DNA from: an uncultured delta proteobacterium
Lineage (GTDB): Bacteria > Myxococcota_A > UBA9160 > UBA6930
Assembly (NCBI GenBank): GCA_963722885.1
Contig: CAVROS010000037.1
Coordinates: forward strand, 79,138 to 143,137
Reading direction: 5' to 3'
Length of the DNA: 64,000 bases
Below are positions 47,644 to 56,719 of the stretch, piece by piece; the first letter of the stretch is position 1, and each line of letters starts with the position of its first letter. The notes below the pieces were generated by a model. That model saw only the letters and a list, made by a program, of their open reading frames with translations. It was not told the DNA's origin and made no database searches. Position numbers and translations under genes: made by a program.

Positions 47644-48291
47644 ATGACGGAGCCTTCCATCAAGGGATCGATCTTCAGGGGAGCCATCGACGACCTCGCC
47701 CGCCTGCAACGCGAGGGGCGCGTATCCCAGGAGGAAGTCGACGCCCAGCTGGCCACCGAGGACCTCGCCTTTCTCGAGGGCGAGACCAGCTCCGCGGGCT
47801 GGTACCCGATCGAGAGCTACGCCCGTCTGATAGAGCTCCTCGGTGACCTCGAAGGCGGCGGCAAGGATGCCTACTTCGTCGAGAGAGGAAGGGCCAGCGC
47901 GCGGCGCCTGATGGAGAGTGGGCTCTATCAACAGCTCTCCTTCCTGTCGCGCTGGGACAGCACGCTCGGTGCGGCGGGCGACGACACGTCGGCGACGATC
48001 GCGGACTACGCGCGCAACCTCAGGATGGTCACCTCGCTGGCATCGGCCATCTACAACGTGGGCAAGTGGGTGGTCGAGCCCGATCCCGAGCACGCGGGAC
48101 GCGTCTGCATCGCGGTGCGCGAGGCGCGCGCCTACTCGGACCCGATGCGGCTCGCGATCGAGGGGTTCCTCAACGAATGCGCACGCGCTGCTCGCGAGGA
48201 CCTCACCCACCTCCACATCTCCGAGCGACCCGCCCCCGACCTGATGCTCTTCCGCATGACCCGCGACATCATGGATCTCTCCGAAGCCTGA
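47644..48291 (+). CDS. Hypothetical protein (215 aa), possibly DUF2378-like
   Basis: Intact ORF with normal composition (IKGSIFRGAIDDLARL ... WYPIESYARLIELLGDLEGG). The family assignment is tentative. Confidence 0.6.
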   Translation: MTEPSIKGSIFRGAIDDLARLQREGRVSQEEVDAQLATEDLAFLEGETSSAGWYPIESYARLIELLGDLEGGGKDAYFVERGRASARRLMESGLYQQLSFLSRWDSTLGAAGDDTSATIADYARNLRMVTSLASAIYNVGKWVVEPDPEHAGRVCIAVREARAYSDPMRLAIEGFLNECARAAREDLTHLHISERPAPDLMLFRMTRDIMDLSEA

Positions 48292-48477
48292 GCGACTCCG
48301 CCTCCATATCGCCAAGTACCAGGGTGGCGCCGGGAGCGTGCGGGGTCTGCCGCTCGTGGCTCACCTGCGCCCCGAGCAGCGGATCGGCACAGCGGAATCG
48401 AACCAGGCGGCCCGATGTTGCGAAAGGCAGGGTCGCCGGAGTAGCGTCGTGGCGTACCGGAACAGAAGGAGAGCCGG

Positions 48478-50145
48478 ATGGCCGCGCAATTCGAGATCGG
48501 ACCCGAAACGACCTTTGGCGAGCTGATGAAACACAAGGCCGAGAGCGTGGGAGATCAGGTCTTCCTCACCTATATCCGCGATTTCGACAAGGATATCGAA
48601 GAGAAATACACCTATCGTGAGACGCATCTCCGGTCGAACCGGCTCGGAAACGGACTCAAGCGGCTGGGGCTCGAGCAGGGCGACGGCATCTCGCTGATCG
48701 AGATCAATTCCCCGGAGTTCCTCTTCAGCCTCTTTGGAGCGGTCAAGCTCGGCGCCTACACCGTACTCGTAAATACCGGCCTCAAGGGCGAGAGCCTGCA
48801 GTACATCATCGATCATTCCGACAGCAAGGCCGTCATCATCCACTGGACCTTGCTGGACAATTATCAGGCCATTGCCGATCAGCTGCCGAAGGTCGAGCAC
48901 GTCATCGTCGACGTCAACGAATCGCCTGCAGACTTCGAATTGCCCAAGGGAATGATGTCCCTCCAGGAGTTGATGGAAGCGCCGGAGGATGACATCGAGA
49001 CGAAGCTCAACCCGAGAGACATGTCGCTACTCATCTACACCTCGGGCACGACCGGTCTCCCCAAGGCCACCACGTTCTTCTACGAAGAACCTTCATGGGC
49101 CTCGCCCTCCACGGGCCGATGTTCATCGCCCATGATGATGGGCAGAGCCGGCGACGTCTTCTACACCTGCCTGCCCCTGTTCCACGGGAATGCACTGCAA
49201 TTGACCACGATCCCCGGCTTTGCCGCGGGATTCCCCGTCATTCTCTCCAAGAGATTCTCCGCCTCGAGGTTCTGGGACATCATTCGGAAGTACGGAGTCA
49301 CCAACTTCAACCTGCTCGGATCGATGCCGCATTTCCTGCTGAAGCAGCCGGAAAAGCCGAACGACAAGGACAATTCCGTCTGGCGCGTCAACTCGGCTGC
49401 CTGCCCCAAAGAGCTGGTCGAGCTGTTCGAGAGCCGGTTCGACGTCAAGGTGTACGAAGCCTACGGGGCCGTCGACGGCGGGGGCTTCATGCTGGGTACT
49501 TTTGGCCGGGAGAACATCCCGGTAGGAACGATGGGGATGCCTCCCGATGGCGTAACGGCCGAGATCATGGACGATGACGGCGCGCTGCTCGGTCCCGACG
49601 AGCCCGGGGAGCTGGTCTTCCTGGTCAAGCAAGAGGAACAGGAACAGCGGAAAGTCGTCTATTACAAGGACGAGAAGGCCTCGAAGAGCCGAGTTCAAGA
49701 GGGACCCGACGGACGGCTCTGGTTCCACACCGGTGATCTGGCCACCAAGGACAAAGACGGCTGGCTCTACTTCGTCGATCGGAAGAAGGACGCCATCCGG
49801 AGACGGGGAGAGAACATCGCCGCCTGGAGCGTCGAGCGGGTCGTCAATCGGCACGAGAAGGTGCTGGAATCGGCAGCCTACGGCGTCAAGTCAGAGGAAT
49901 ACGGAGAAGACGAGGTCATGGTCGCGGTGGTGCTGCGGCCCGGTGAGACCCTGACCCCCGAGGAGCTATTGGACTTCTGCCGCGACAAGATGGCGGATTT
50001 CATGATTCCAAGGTTCATCGATTTCGTCGAGAAGCTCCCCAAGAGTGAAGTCCACCGGATCATGAAGCGTTTCCTGAAGGACCAGGGAGTCACGCAAACC
50101 ACCTACGACAGAGAAAAGGCGGGCTACAAGCTGTCGAAGGGCTAG
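48478..50145 (+). CDS. AMP-dependent acyl-CoA synthetase/ligase (fatty-acid or FATP-like type)
   Basis: GAAGGAG RBS. Motifs are LIYTSGTTGLPKA, YTCLPLFHGNA, YEAYGAVDGG, FHTGDL, DRKKDAIRRRGENI and LPKSEVHRIMKR. GC is clearly lower than in flanking genes. Confidence 0.9.
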   Translation: MAAQFEIGPETTFGELMKHKAESVGDQVFLTYIRDFDKDIEEKYTYRETHLRSNRLGNGLKRLGLEQGDGISLIEINSPEFLFSLFGAVKLGAYTVLVNTGLKGESLQYIIDHSDSKAVIIHWTLLDNYQAIADQLPKVEHVIVDVNESPADFELPKGMMSLQELMEAPEDDIETKLNPRDMSLLIYTSGTTGLPKATTFFYEEPSWASPSTGRCSSPMMMGRAGDVFYTCLPLFHGNALQLTTIPGFAAGFPVILSKRFSASRFWDIIRKYGVTNFNLLGSMPHFLLKQPEKPNDKDNSVWRVNSAACPKELVELFESRFDVKVYEAYGAVDGGGFMLGTFGRENIPVGTMGMPPDGVTAEIMDDDGALLGPDEPGELVFLVKQEEQEQRKVVYYKDEKASKSRVQEGPDGRLWFHTGDLATKDKDGWLYFVDRKKDAIRRRGENIAAWSVERVVNRHEKVLESAAYGVKSEEYGEDEVMVAVVLRPGETLTPEELLDFCRDKMADFMIPRFIDFVEKLPKSEVHRIMKRFLKDQGVTQTTYDREKAGYKLSKG

Positions 50146-50163
50146 CCGCGCTTCGGAGGGGCC

Positions 50164-50796
50164 ATGGCGAAGGAGACAAGAGGGGTCTCGCTGGACTATC
50201 TCTCGGACTATTACGACGTTCTCACTCCCGCGGAGAGGAGCGAGATCCGACGAAAGCAGATCGACCTGATCGGCCTCGAAGAGGGAGAGCGCGTCCTCGA
50301 GGTCGGCTGCGGGACGGGAGTGCTGTCCTTCCTGTCAAAGCTGGCTGTGGGAGAGGCGGGGGAGGTCGCAGGGATCGACATCGCGCCGAAGATGGTCTCC
50401 CGGGCGCAGGAAAAGGCGAGGAAGGCCAGCCTCGATATCGCCTTCGAGGTCGGGTCTATCGACGAGCTTCCCTACTCCAACGGATCTTTCGACGTGGTGA
50501 TCAGCAGCCTGATGCTTCATCACCTGCCGATGGCGATCAAGAGGAAGGGTCTAGAGGAGGTAAAACGCGTCCTGAAAGACGATGGGCGTTTCTTCCTCTG
50601 CGACTTCTGCTCCCCCCACCCGCTCACGGTCATTCCAATGTACTTGATGATGATCTGGAGACCGTATACCAGGTACCAGCTCTTCGGGAAGCTCCCCGAG
50701 CTCATCAGAGAGAGCGGCTTCGAGACGATCAGACTGCTCAAGAAGGGGCTCTTTCTCGAGTACTACCTGATCGAGAAGACGGGCGGCAGCGGCTAG
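50164..50796 (+). CDS. Class I SAM-dependent methyltransferase
   Basis: Motif I is VLEVGCGTGVLS. The post-I and motif II regions are AGIDIAPKM and FDVVISSLMLHHL. Confidence 0.85.
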   Translation: MAKETRGVSLDYLSDYYDVLTPAERSEIRRKQIDLIGLEEGERVLEVGCGTGVLSFLSKLAVGEAGEVAGIDIAPKMVSRAQEKARKASLDIAFEVGSIDELPYSNGSFDVVISSLMLHHLPMAIKRKGLEEVKRVLKDDGRFFLCDFCSPHPLTVIPMYLMMIWRPYTRYQLFGKLPELIRESGFETIRLLKKGLFLEYYLIEKTGGSG

Positions 50797-50823
50797 AACT
50801 TGTAGAAGAGGAGGAAAACCCCG

Positions 50824-52251
50824 ATGGCCCATCGCGTCCGCGCGCTCACTCGGTGCGCCGCTTTGACCTTGCCGCTCCTGAGTGCTCTCGCACTCGCCAC
50901 GGCGGCCCGCGCCGGCGAGGAGCTTCTCGATCACCAGCGTCTGGCTCGCGACCTTCTCAGCGAGCTGATCGAGATCGACACCACGCACAGCACGGGAGAT
51001 ACCACGCGTGCGGCGAATACCCTTGCCGCACATCTGTCGGCCGCCGGCTTCGCGGAAGAGGACGCGATGGTGTTGGAGGAGGTGCCTGGCAAGGGCAACC
51101 TGGTGGCGCGCCTTCGCGGCAGCGATTCCAGCCTCGCGCCGGTCCTGTTGCTGGCCCACCTCGACGTCGTCGAGGCCGACCCGGCCGACTGGAGCGTGGA
51201 TCCGTTCCAGTTCCTGGAGCGAGACGGCTACTACTGGGGCCGCGGCGCCACGGACGACAAGGACGAGTGCGCCATCCACGTCGCCAACCTGATCCGCTGG
51301 AAGCAGGAGGGCTTCGTGCCCGAACGCGACATCGTGGTGGCGTTGACGGCGGACGAAGAGGCTGGGAAGCACAACGGTGTCGTCTGGCTGCTCGCTCGAC
51401 ACCGGGACCGAATCGACGCGGCGTATGCGCTCAACGAAGGCGGCGGCGGAATGATCAGGGACGGTCGGCGCGTCCAGAACTCCGTTCAGGCCAGCGAGAA
51501 GATCTACCAGACCTTCGAGCTCGAGGTCACCGATCCGGGGGGGCACAGCTCCCTGCCGCGTGCCGAGAACGCGATCTATCGCCTCTCTCGTGCACTTCTG
51601 GCCATCGAGGCGCACTCCTTCCCGGTCCGACTCAACGAAGTGACGCGCATCTTCTTCGAGCGAAGCGCAGCGCTCCACCCGCCGGAGGTGGCCGCGGCGA
51701 TGCGCGGCATCCTGGAGAATCCCCCTGACCCGGAGGCCGTCACAACGCTTTCGGCAATGCCCGTCTACAACTCCCGGATCCGGACGACCTGCGTCGCGAC
51801 ACAGGTCAAGGCGGGCCACGCCGAGAATGCGCTCCCCCAGCGAGCCCACGCCACCGTCAACTGCCGCGTCCTGCCAGACGGATCGCAGGAGGAGGTAGAG
51901 ACCCGGCTACGCGAGGTCGTGGCTGACCCGCAGGTGACTCTGCGGAGGCTCCAGGACGCGCACTCGATCAAGTCGCCGCCTTCTCCCCTGACGCCAGAAG
52001 TGCTTGGCGCCATCGAGCGAACCACCGAGGAGCTCTGGCCCGGTGTGCCCGTGATCCCGACGATGAGCACGGGGGCGACGGACAGCTTGTTCCTACGCAA
52101 CGCGGGAATCCCCGTCTACGGGGTCTCCGGCATCTTCCACGACATCGACGACGTGCGCGCACACGGCCGCGACGAGCGGATCCTGATCCGCTCCTTCTTC
52201 GAAGGCCAGGAGTTCCTCTACCGCCTCGTCAAGCGCCTGAGCTCGGGCTAG
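50824..52251 (+). CDS. Secreted M20/M25/M40-family metallopeptidase
   Basis: Signal peptide LTLPLLSALALATAARA. Motifs are LLLAHLDVVEA, GRGATDDK and ALTADEEAG. Confidence 0.85.
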   Translation: MAHRVRALTRCAALTLPLLSALALATAARAGEELLDHQRLARDLLSELIEIDTTHSTGDTTRAANTLAAHLSAAGFAEEDAMVLEEVPGKGNLVARLRGSDSSLAPVLLLAHLDVVEADPADWSVDPFQFLERDGYYWGRGATDDKDECAIHVANLIRWKQEGFVPERDIVVALTADEEAGKHNGVVWLLARHRDRIDAAYALNEGGGGMIRDGRRVQNSVQASEKIYQTFELEVTDPGGHSSLPRAENAIYRLSRALLAIEAHSFPVRLNEVTRIFFERSAALHPPEVAAAMRGILENPPDPEAVTTLSAMPVYNSRIRTTCVATQVKAGHAENALPQRAHATVNCRVLPDGSQEEVETRLREVVADPQVTLRRLQDAHSIKSPPSPLTPEVLGAIERTTEELWPGVPVIPTMSTGATDSLFLRNAGIPVYGVSGIFHDIDDVRAHGRDERILIRSFFEGQEFLYRLVKRLSSG

Positions 52252-52267
52252 GAGAGGCGCAGCCGCT

Positions 52268-53200
52268 TCAGAGTCCCTTGTTGGCGGCCTTGGCCGCCTT
52301 CTTCGCGGCCTTCGCCTCCGCCCTGGCGGCCTTCTTCGCAGCCTTCGCCTCCACCTTGGCGGCCTTCTTCGCGGCCTTGGCAGCCTGCTTGTCAGCCTTC
52401 GCCTCCGCCTTGGCCATCTTCTTCGCCGCCTTCGCCTCCGCCTTGGCGGCCTTCAGGTCGCCCCGGTCGTGGGGGACCAGAGTCTCGACCACGCCGTCGG
52501 TGTAGTTGCCGGAGGCATCGGTGGCATTGTAGGTAGCGGTATAGACGCGGCCCGATCCGCCTCCCATCCGCTCTGCGCGCAGCAGGAAGATACGGTCGTC
52601 GGTGCCGACCTCGACCTCCTGGATGTCGTCTACGGTGTTTCCGTCACCGTTGCCGTTATCCGGCTCGTTGCTGACCAGAGAGGTCAGGAGCACTACGGGG
52701 TCCGGGTCGCAGTTGTCCAGGACGACCAGATCCACGTCCACCTCATGCAGCTTGTGGTTCGGCGGCCAGAGTACGGCGGGATCCGAAGCACCCGCCACCG
52801 TGGGCGGGGTGGTGTCGCCGATGCTGACGTCCACTGTGTCCATCTCGGTGGTCGCGATCGTCGACGTGGGATCGGTGTAGGTGAAATTCAGGGTAACGGT
52901 CGTCAGCCCCAACGGGAAAGCGGCCATCGGCGTCGGGCTCGTCTCGTCGTCGAAGACGACGTCCACCGCCTCCCAGAGATAGCTGACGTCAGCCGCATGG
53001 GGATTGGAGAGGTCGTCCATCCTCACCCCGTCCACCGTGGAGGCGCGGCCATCCAGGTTGACGTCCGTGCCATCCGTCGCCGAGCACTCCAGGAGGAGAT
53101 CCTCGCCCGCTTCGGCCACCACGACCTGTGCGGACGCGGGAATTGCCATCAGCAGGGTGACCGCCAGAGCCGTCACGATTCGTCGAGTCATCTTGCGCAT
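52268..53200 (-). CDS. Secreted protein with Ig/HYR-associated-like domains and a 60-aa Lys/Ala-rich C-terminal repeat tail
   Basis: AAGGAG is followed 6 nt later by ATG (53198-53200). The signal peptide reads MRKMTRRIVTALAVTLLMAIPASA. Conserved-looking blocks are DTTPPTV, LWPPNHKLHEV, DNCDP, SNEPDNGNGDGNT and LRAERMGGGSGRVYT ... ATDASGN. The tail reads AKAEAKAAKKMAKAEAKADKQAAKAAKKAAKVEAKAAKKAARAEAKAAKKAAKAANKGL. Confidence 0.75.
   Translation of the reverse strand: MRKMTRRIVTALAVTLLMAIPASAQVVVAEAGEDLLLECSATDGTDVNLDGRASTVDGVRMDDLSNPHAADVSYLWEAVDVVFDDETSPTPMAAFPLGLTTVTLNFTYTDPTSTIATTEMDTVDVSIGDTTPPTVAGASDPAVLWPPNHKLHEVDVDLVVLDNCDPDPVVLLTSLVSNEPDNGNGDGNTVDDIQEVEVGTDDRIFLLRAERMGGGSGRVYTATYNATDASGNYTDGVVETLVPHDRGDLKAAKAEAKAAKKMAKAEAKADKQAAKAAKKAAKVEAKAAKKAARAEAKAAKKAAKAANKGL
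52271..52459 (-). repeat. In-frame tandem coding repeats (GCC/AAG-rich) encoding the Lys/Ala tail
   Basis: Repeated units such as GGCGGCCTTCTTCGC(G/A)GCCTTCGCCTCC are visible on the plus strand. Confidence 0.85.
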
Positions 53201-53574
53201 TGCCATCTCCTTCGTGTTCGAGCCGCACCCCTCCCGAGGGAGGTGAACGATCAGCGTAACACCATCTTCGAATCTTCGTGGGGATCTCACCATGACCAAT
53301 GTCACATTATTGGGCTCGGCGAGGGCCGGACGGCCCTGCCCGAGATGGAGAAAGCCGCTCGGAAACAAGGATCTGAGACGTCCGTTGCACATCTGAACGA
53401 CGGTTCCCGACTTCTCTGGTGGCAGACGGGGCTCTTGCGTCGAGAACCCGAAGGATCCATGTCTGACCCAAAAAGCCCCACAGGCTAAGAGTCTCGAAGC
53501 CCGTCGCCGATGAGTCCCAAAGAGGTGTCCCAGCGCACATTCTTGCCGACGCTTCTCGATTGGGAGAACCCATC

Positions 53575-55656
53575 ATGGCCATCCGATTCCCCGCACTCGC
53601 CTTCACCTTGGCCAGCGCACTCGCTCTTCATCTCCTTGCAGCCGGAGCCGGAGCGCAGTGCACCCTCACCAACGGAACGTTCCGCTTCCTGACCGACGAA
53701 CTGCCGCGCGGCAGCACCAACACCGAGTACATCGCGCGCCTGGTGACCGCCAACGCGGACGGCCCTGTCACCTTCTCCATCGACGGGACCGGTGACCCTC
53801 TCAACGCCGGCTTGACCCTCGACACCGCCAGCGGCTTCATCACCGGTCGCCCGACCGTGGTCGAAACCAAGGACATCGTCTTCTGCGCGGACGATACGAC
53901 GCAGCAGATCTGTAGCGTCCCGACCGAACTCAAGATCTCCGCCGCGGGCGGCGGTGGCAACGCCGGCTCGGAATTCTCGACGGAGGTCCTGCTCGAGGGG
54001 CGCGTCGGCCAGCCCTACCTCGACGACGTCGGACTCACCGGTGGGGTGGGACCCTACGTCTTCGGCGGAAAGGATCTGCCGCCGGGCCTGACCCTCGATG
54101 GTGAGACCGGCGAGATCGTCGGAATCCCGACCCAGGCGGGAACCTTCTTCGCGACCTTCACCGTGGTCGACTTCGGCGAGAACAACAAGGTCGCGTCGGT
54201 CATCCCGATCACGATCCTGCCCCTTGCATCGGACTTTCGCTTCCTCACCGAGTTCTTGAACAACGGGGAGGTGGGAACTCCCTACTGTGACATCTGGCTC
54301 ACCGAGAACGGGGGTGGAACACCCAGCTTCGGTGCGTCGGGTCTTCCGGACGGTCTCTTGGTCGACCCCGCCACCGGCGAAGTCACGGGAACGCCCACGG
54401 TCCCCGGTAGCTTCGAGGTAATCCTCACCGCAAGCGACGGCGGGACGATGATCACCACGAACCTCCAGATGACGATCGCGCCCTCTGACACCAGTGGCTT
54501 CTACTGGATGTACTTCGGAATACCCGCTGGGATCATCGATGTGAACTACGACCGCCAGCCCCCGATCCTGGTGTATGCCGAGGGCAGTGCCGACATCACC
54601 TATTCGGCGATCGGTCTCCCGACGGGGATGACCTACTCGGACACCAGCGGCGAGCTCTCGGGCACCAACACCGAGATCGGGATCTACCCTGTTGCCTTCA
54701 CGGCCGTCGACAACACGACAGGCGACAGCATCGAGCTCAGTATCGAATTCCTCGTTCTCCCACCGGGCGGTGGCGACGAGACCCAGATCCCGGTGAATTT
54801 CTGGGTGCAGAAGGAGCAGCTCAAGACGGGCAACCCAGGTAAGGACTCCTGGATGGGAAAGGCGATCTTCAACGCGGACCGAACCACCGCCAACCGCTTC
54901 GACCCCCTCCTCGATACCGTGATGCTCGGAATCGGCAGCAAGGTGCTGCAGGTCGATCCCGGTCTCCTGACCGGGACGGAGAAGAGCCTCGCCTACAAGA
55001 CCCCCAAAGGTGTCACGCCCGCGGAACAGGTCAAGCTCTCGCTCGCAAAGCAGACCATCCAGTGGAGCAGCAAGAAGGACACCCTCGCGGAGACGCTACC
55101 GGGCCTGTTCAATCAGGACGCCGTGATCGGAAGCCGCGGCTACCGGCTGGGGCTTCAGTTCGACGAGAAGGGAAAGTTCTACGCGCCCCTCGACCTCGAC
55201 CGGGTCGCCTTCGTGCTGTACTCCGGAAAGATCAAGGTCGCGGCACCGGGAAAGGACAACGCCAAGCTCTCGATGCTCCTCTACGACCCGAACTTCTTCT
55301 ACGACCCGAACCTCGCACCGGAGCTTCGGATCCGCATCCTTGACGGCACCAACGTGGTCTTCGAGCGCGACTTCTCGGCCCTGGGCGAGGTCTCCATCGG
55401 CACGGACAAGCGAACCGGGCAGGTCACGTGGTCGCTGAAGACCACCAAGGACGTCGCGGATGTCGATACGATCTCGAAGTTCTCGTTCGCGAGTGCGAAG
55501 GGGAAGCTGACGCTCTTGATCAAGAACGCCGACCTGGCGAACATCCCGAACAGCGAAGCCCACCTCGGGGTGGAGCTTACGATCGGGAACCGCACCTACT
55601 ATACGGGCGTGACGTTCTTCGAGAGCAAGACTGGAAATTACTCGACCACCATGTGA
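53575..55656 (+). CDS. Secreted protein with about four 'putative Ig' (He_PIG-like) repeats and a ~300-aa C-terminal domain of unknown function
   Basis: The signal peptide is MAIRFPALAFTLASALALHLLAAGAGA. A repeated signature recurs four times: LNAGLTLDTASGFITGRPT, LPPGLTLDGETGEIVGIPTQAGTF, LPDGLLVDPATGEVTGTPTVPGSF and LPTGMTYSDTSGELSGTNTEIGIY. Confidence 0.75.
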   Translation: MAIRFPALAFTLASALALHLLAAGAGAQCTLTNGTFRFLTDELPRGSTNTEYIARLVTANADGPVTFSIDGTGDPLNAGLTLDTASGFITGRPTVVETKDIVFCADDTTQQICSVPTELKISAAGGGGNAGSEFSTEVLLEGRVGQPYLDDVGLTGGVGPYVFGGKDLPPGLTLDGETGEIVGIPTQAGTFFATFTVVDFGENNKVASVIPITILPLASDFRFLTEFLNNGEVGTPYCDIWLTENGGGTPSFGASGLPDGLLVDPATGEVTGTPTVPGSFEVILTASDGGTMITTNLQMTIAPSDTSGFYWMYFGIPAGIIDVNYDRQPPILVYAEGSADITYSAIGLPTGMTYSDTSGELSGTNTEIGIYPVAFTAVDNTTGDSIELSIEFLVLPPGGGDETQIPVNFWVQKEQLKTGNPGKDSWMGKAIFNADRTTANRFDPLLDTVMLGIGSKVLQVDPGLLTGTEKSLAYKTPKGVTPAEQVKLSLAKQTIQWSSKKDTLAETLPGLFNQDAVIGSRGYRLGLQFDEKGKFYAPLDLDRVAFVLYSGKIKVAAPGKDNAKLSMLLYDPNFFYDPNLAPELRIRILDGTNVVFERDFSALGEVSIGTDKRTGQVTWSLKTTKDVADVDTISKFSFASAKGKLTLLIKNADLANIPNSEAHLGVELTIGNRTYYTGVTFFESKTGNYSTTM

Positions 55657-55730
55657 TTTCTCCGACTCTGAGACGCCACTGGCTCGCCGGAGGGACCGGC
55701 CACCGCTAAGATCAGAGCCCACCAGAATGA

Positions 55731-56672
55731 GTGGGTGAGTGGGAATCGCCACCAGCGTTTCCGCTCAACCTGATCGATCGGAGGGACCGCCTCTTGACCG
55801 TCATCGCCTTGCTCTTCACAGCGATCGTCCTGCAGGTCACCGACGCGCAGTTGGCCCAAGAACCGGATTCGGTCATGAGTACCGGCCGGGAGGGAGGCAA
55901 CTACTACTACATCGGGAAGCGCCTCAAGTCGGCCATGCTGCTGGAGCACGATGCCTGGATCGAGATCCTCACCAGCCGGGGATCCATGGAAAACCTCAGG
56001 AGGCTCGACGACCCGGCGAGCCCGGTGGGCGTTACCCTGACCCAGGCCGACGCCTTGAACCGCTATCTGCAGCACCACCCGGAATTCGCGAGTGAGTTCA
56101 TCGTTCTGGGCGATGCGGGCAAAGAGTGCGTCTTCGTCGTCGCGCGGCAGAGTGGCGATCTCAAAACCGCGGCCAGCCTAAAGGCGGCAACCGGTGGGGA
56201 GATCTCGGTGGATGACAACGAGAGCGGCGCCTCCGTAACCTTCGAGTACATGAGCGAGCTGGAGCCTGGATTCCGAGCGATCACTCCCGTCTCGGTCGAC
56301 GTCATGGAGGCTCTCCTGCAGCTCAAGGTGGGTGGGGAGCACACGAAGCTCAAGGCCGCCATGATCGTCCAGCGTCCCAAGGCCCGTTCCGCGCCGATCA
56401 AGACCCTGCTCGAGAACCCGGACACCTACCGACTCGTTCCCATCAAGGAAGCGGATGTCGGAAATGCCCAGCTTCCCGACGGGAGTGTCGTCTACACCTT
56501 CGAACGCGTCACGGTGGGCGGGACGAGCGATCTCCCCTCCCTGGAGGTCGACACGCTCTGCACACGAGGTCTCATGCTCGCCTCCAAGGAGAAGCTCGAC
56601 AAGGATCTTCGGAGTCAGCTATCGGAACTGATGTTGGAGTCCGCCGACAAGATCATCGGATCCGACGAGTAG
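55731..56672 (+). CDS. Periplasmic substrate-binding protein, TAXI-family (TRAP-associated) like
   Basis: An N-terminal TM/signal segment (LLTVIALLFTAIVLQV) is followed by GREGGNYYYIGKRL, which resembles the TAXI GGxYY motif. Length is about 310 aa. No TRAP membrane gene is adjacent. Confidence 0.55.
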   Translation: MGEWESPPAFPLNLIDRRDRLLTVIALLFTAIVLQVTDAQLAQEPDSVMSTGREGGNYYYIGKRLKSAMLLEHDAWIEILTSRGSMENLRRLDDPASPVGVTLTQADALNRYLQHHPEFASEFIVLGDAGKECVFVVARQSGDLKTAASLKAATGGEISVDDNESGASVTFEYMSELEPGFRAITPVSVDVMEALLQLKVGGEHTKLKAAMIVQRPKARSAPIKTLLENPDTYRLVPIKEADVGNAQLPDGSVVYTFERVTVGGTSDLPSLEVDTLCTRGLMLASKEKLDKDLRSQLSELMLESADKIIGSDE

Positions 56673-56719
56673 CCCCCTTCCCGTCCACAAGACGAAACAC
56701 ACGCGCCCGCAGCCGCCTG

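Noticed and set aside
52271-52459. Tandem repeats considered as a possible CRISPR-like or VNTR array.
   Set aside because: The repeats are contiguous with no spacers, are imperfect, are in frame with a CDS and encode a regular KA-rich peptide. No cas genes are present in the window.
52278-52505. Plus-strand ORF encoding a hydrophobic AAFFAAFAS repeat peptide.
   Set aside because: It is the antisense reading of the Lys/Ala tail repeats. It has no RBS or start context, and the minus-strand gene is continuous with a signal-peptide protein.
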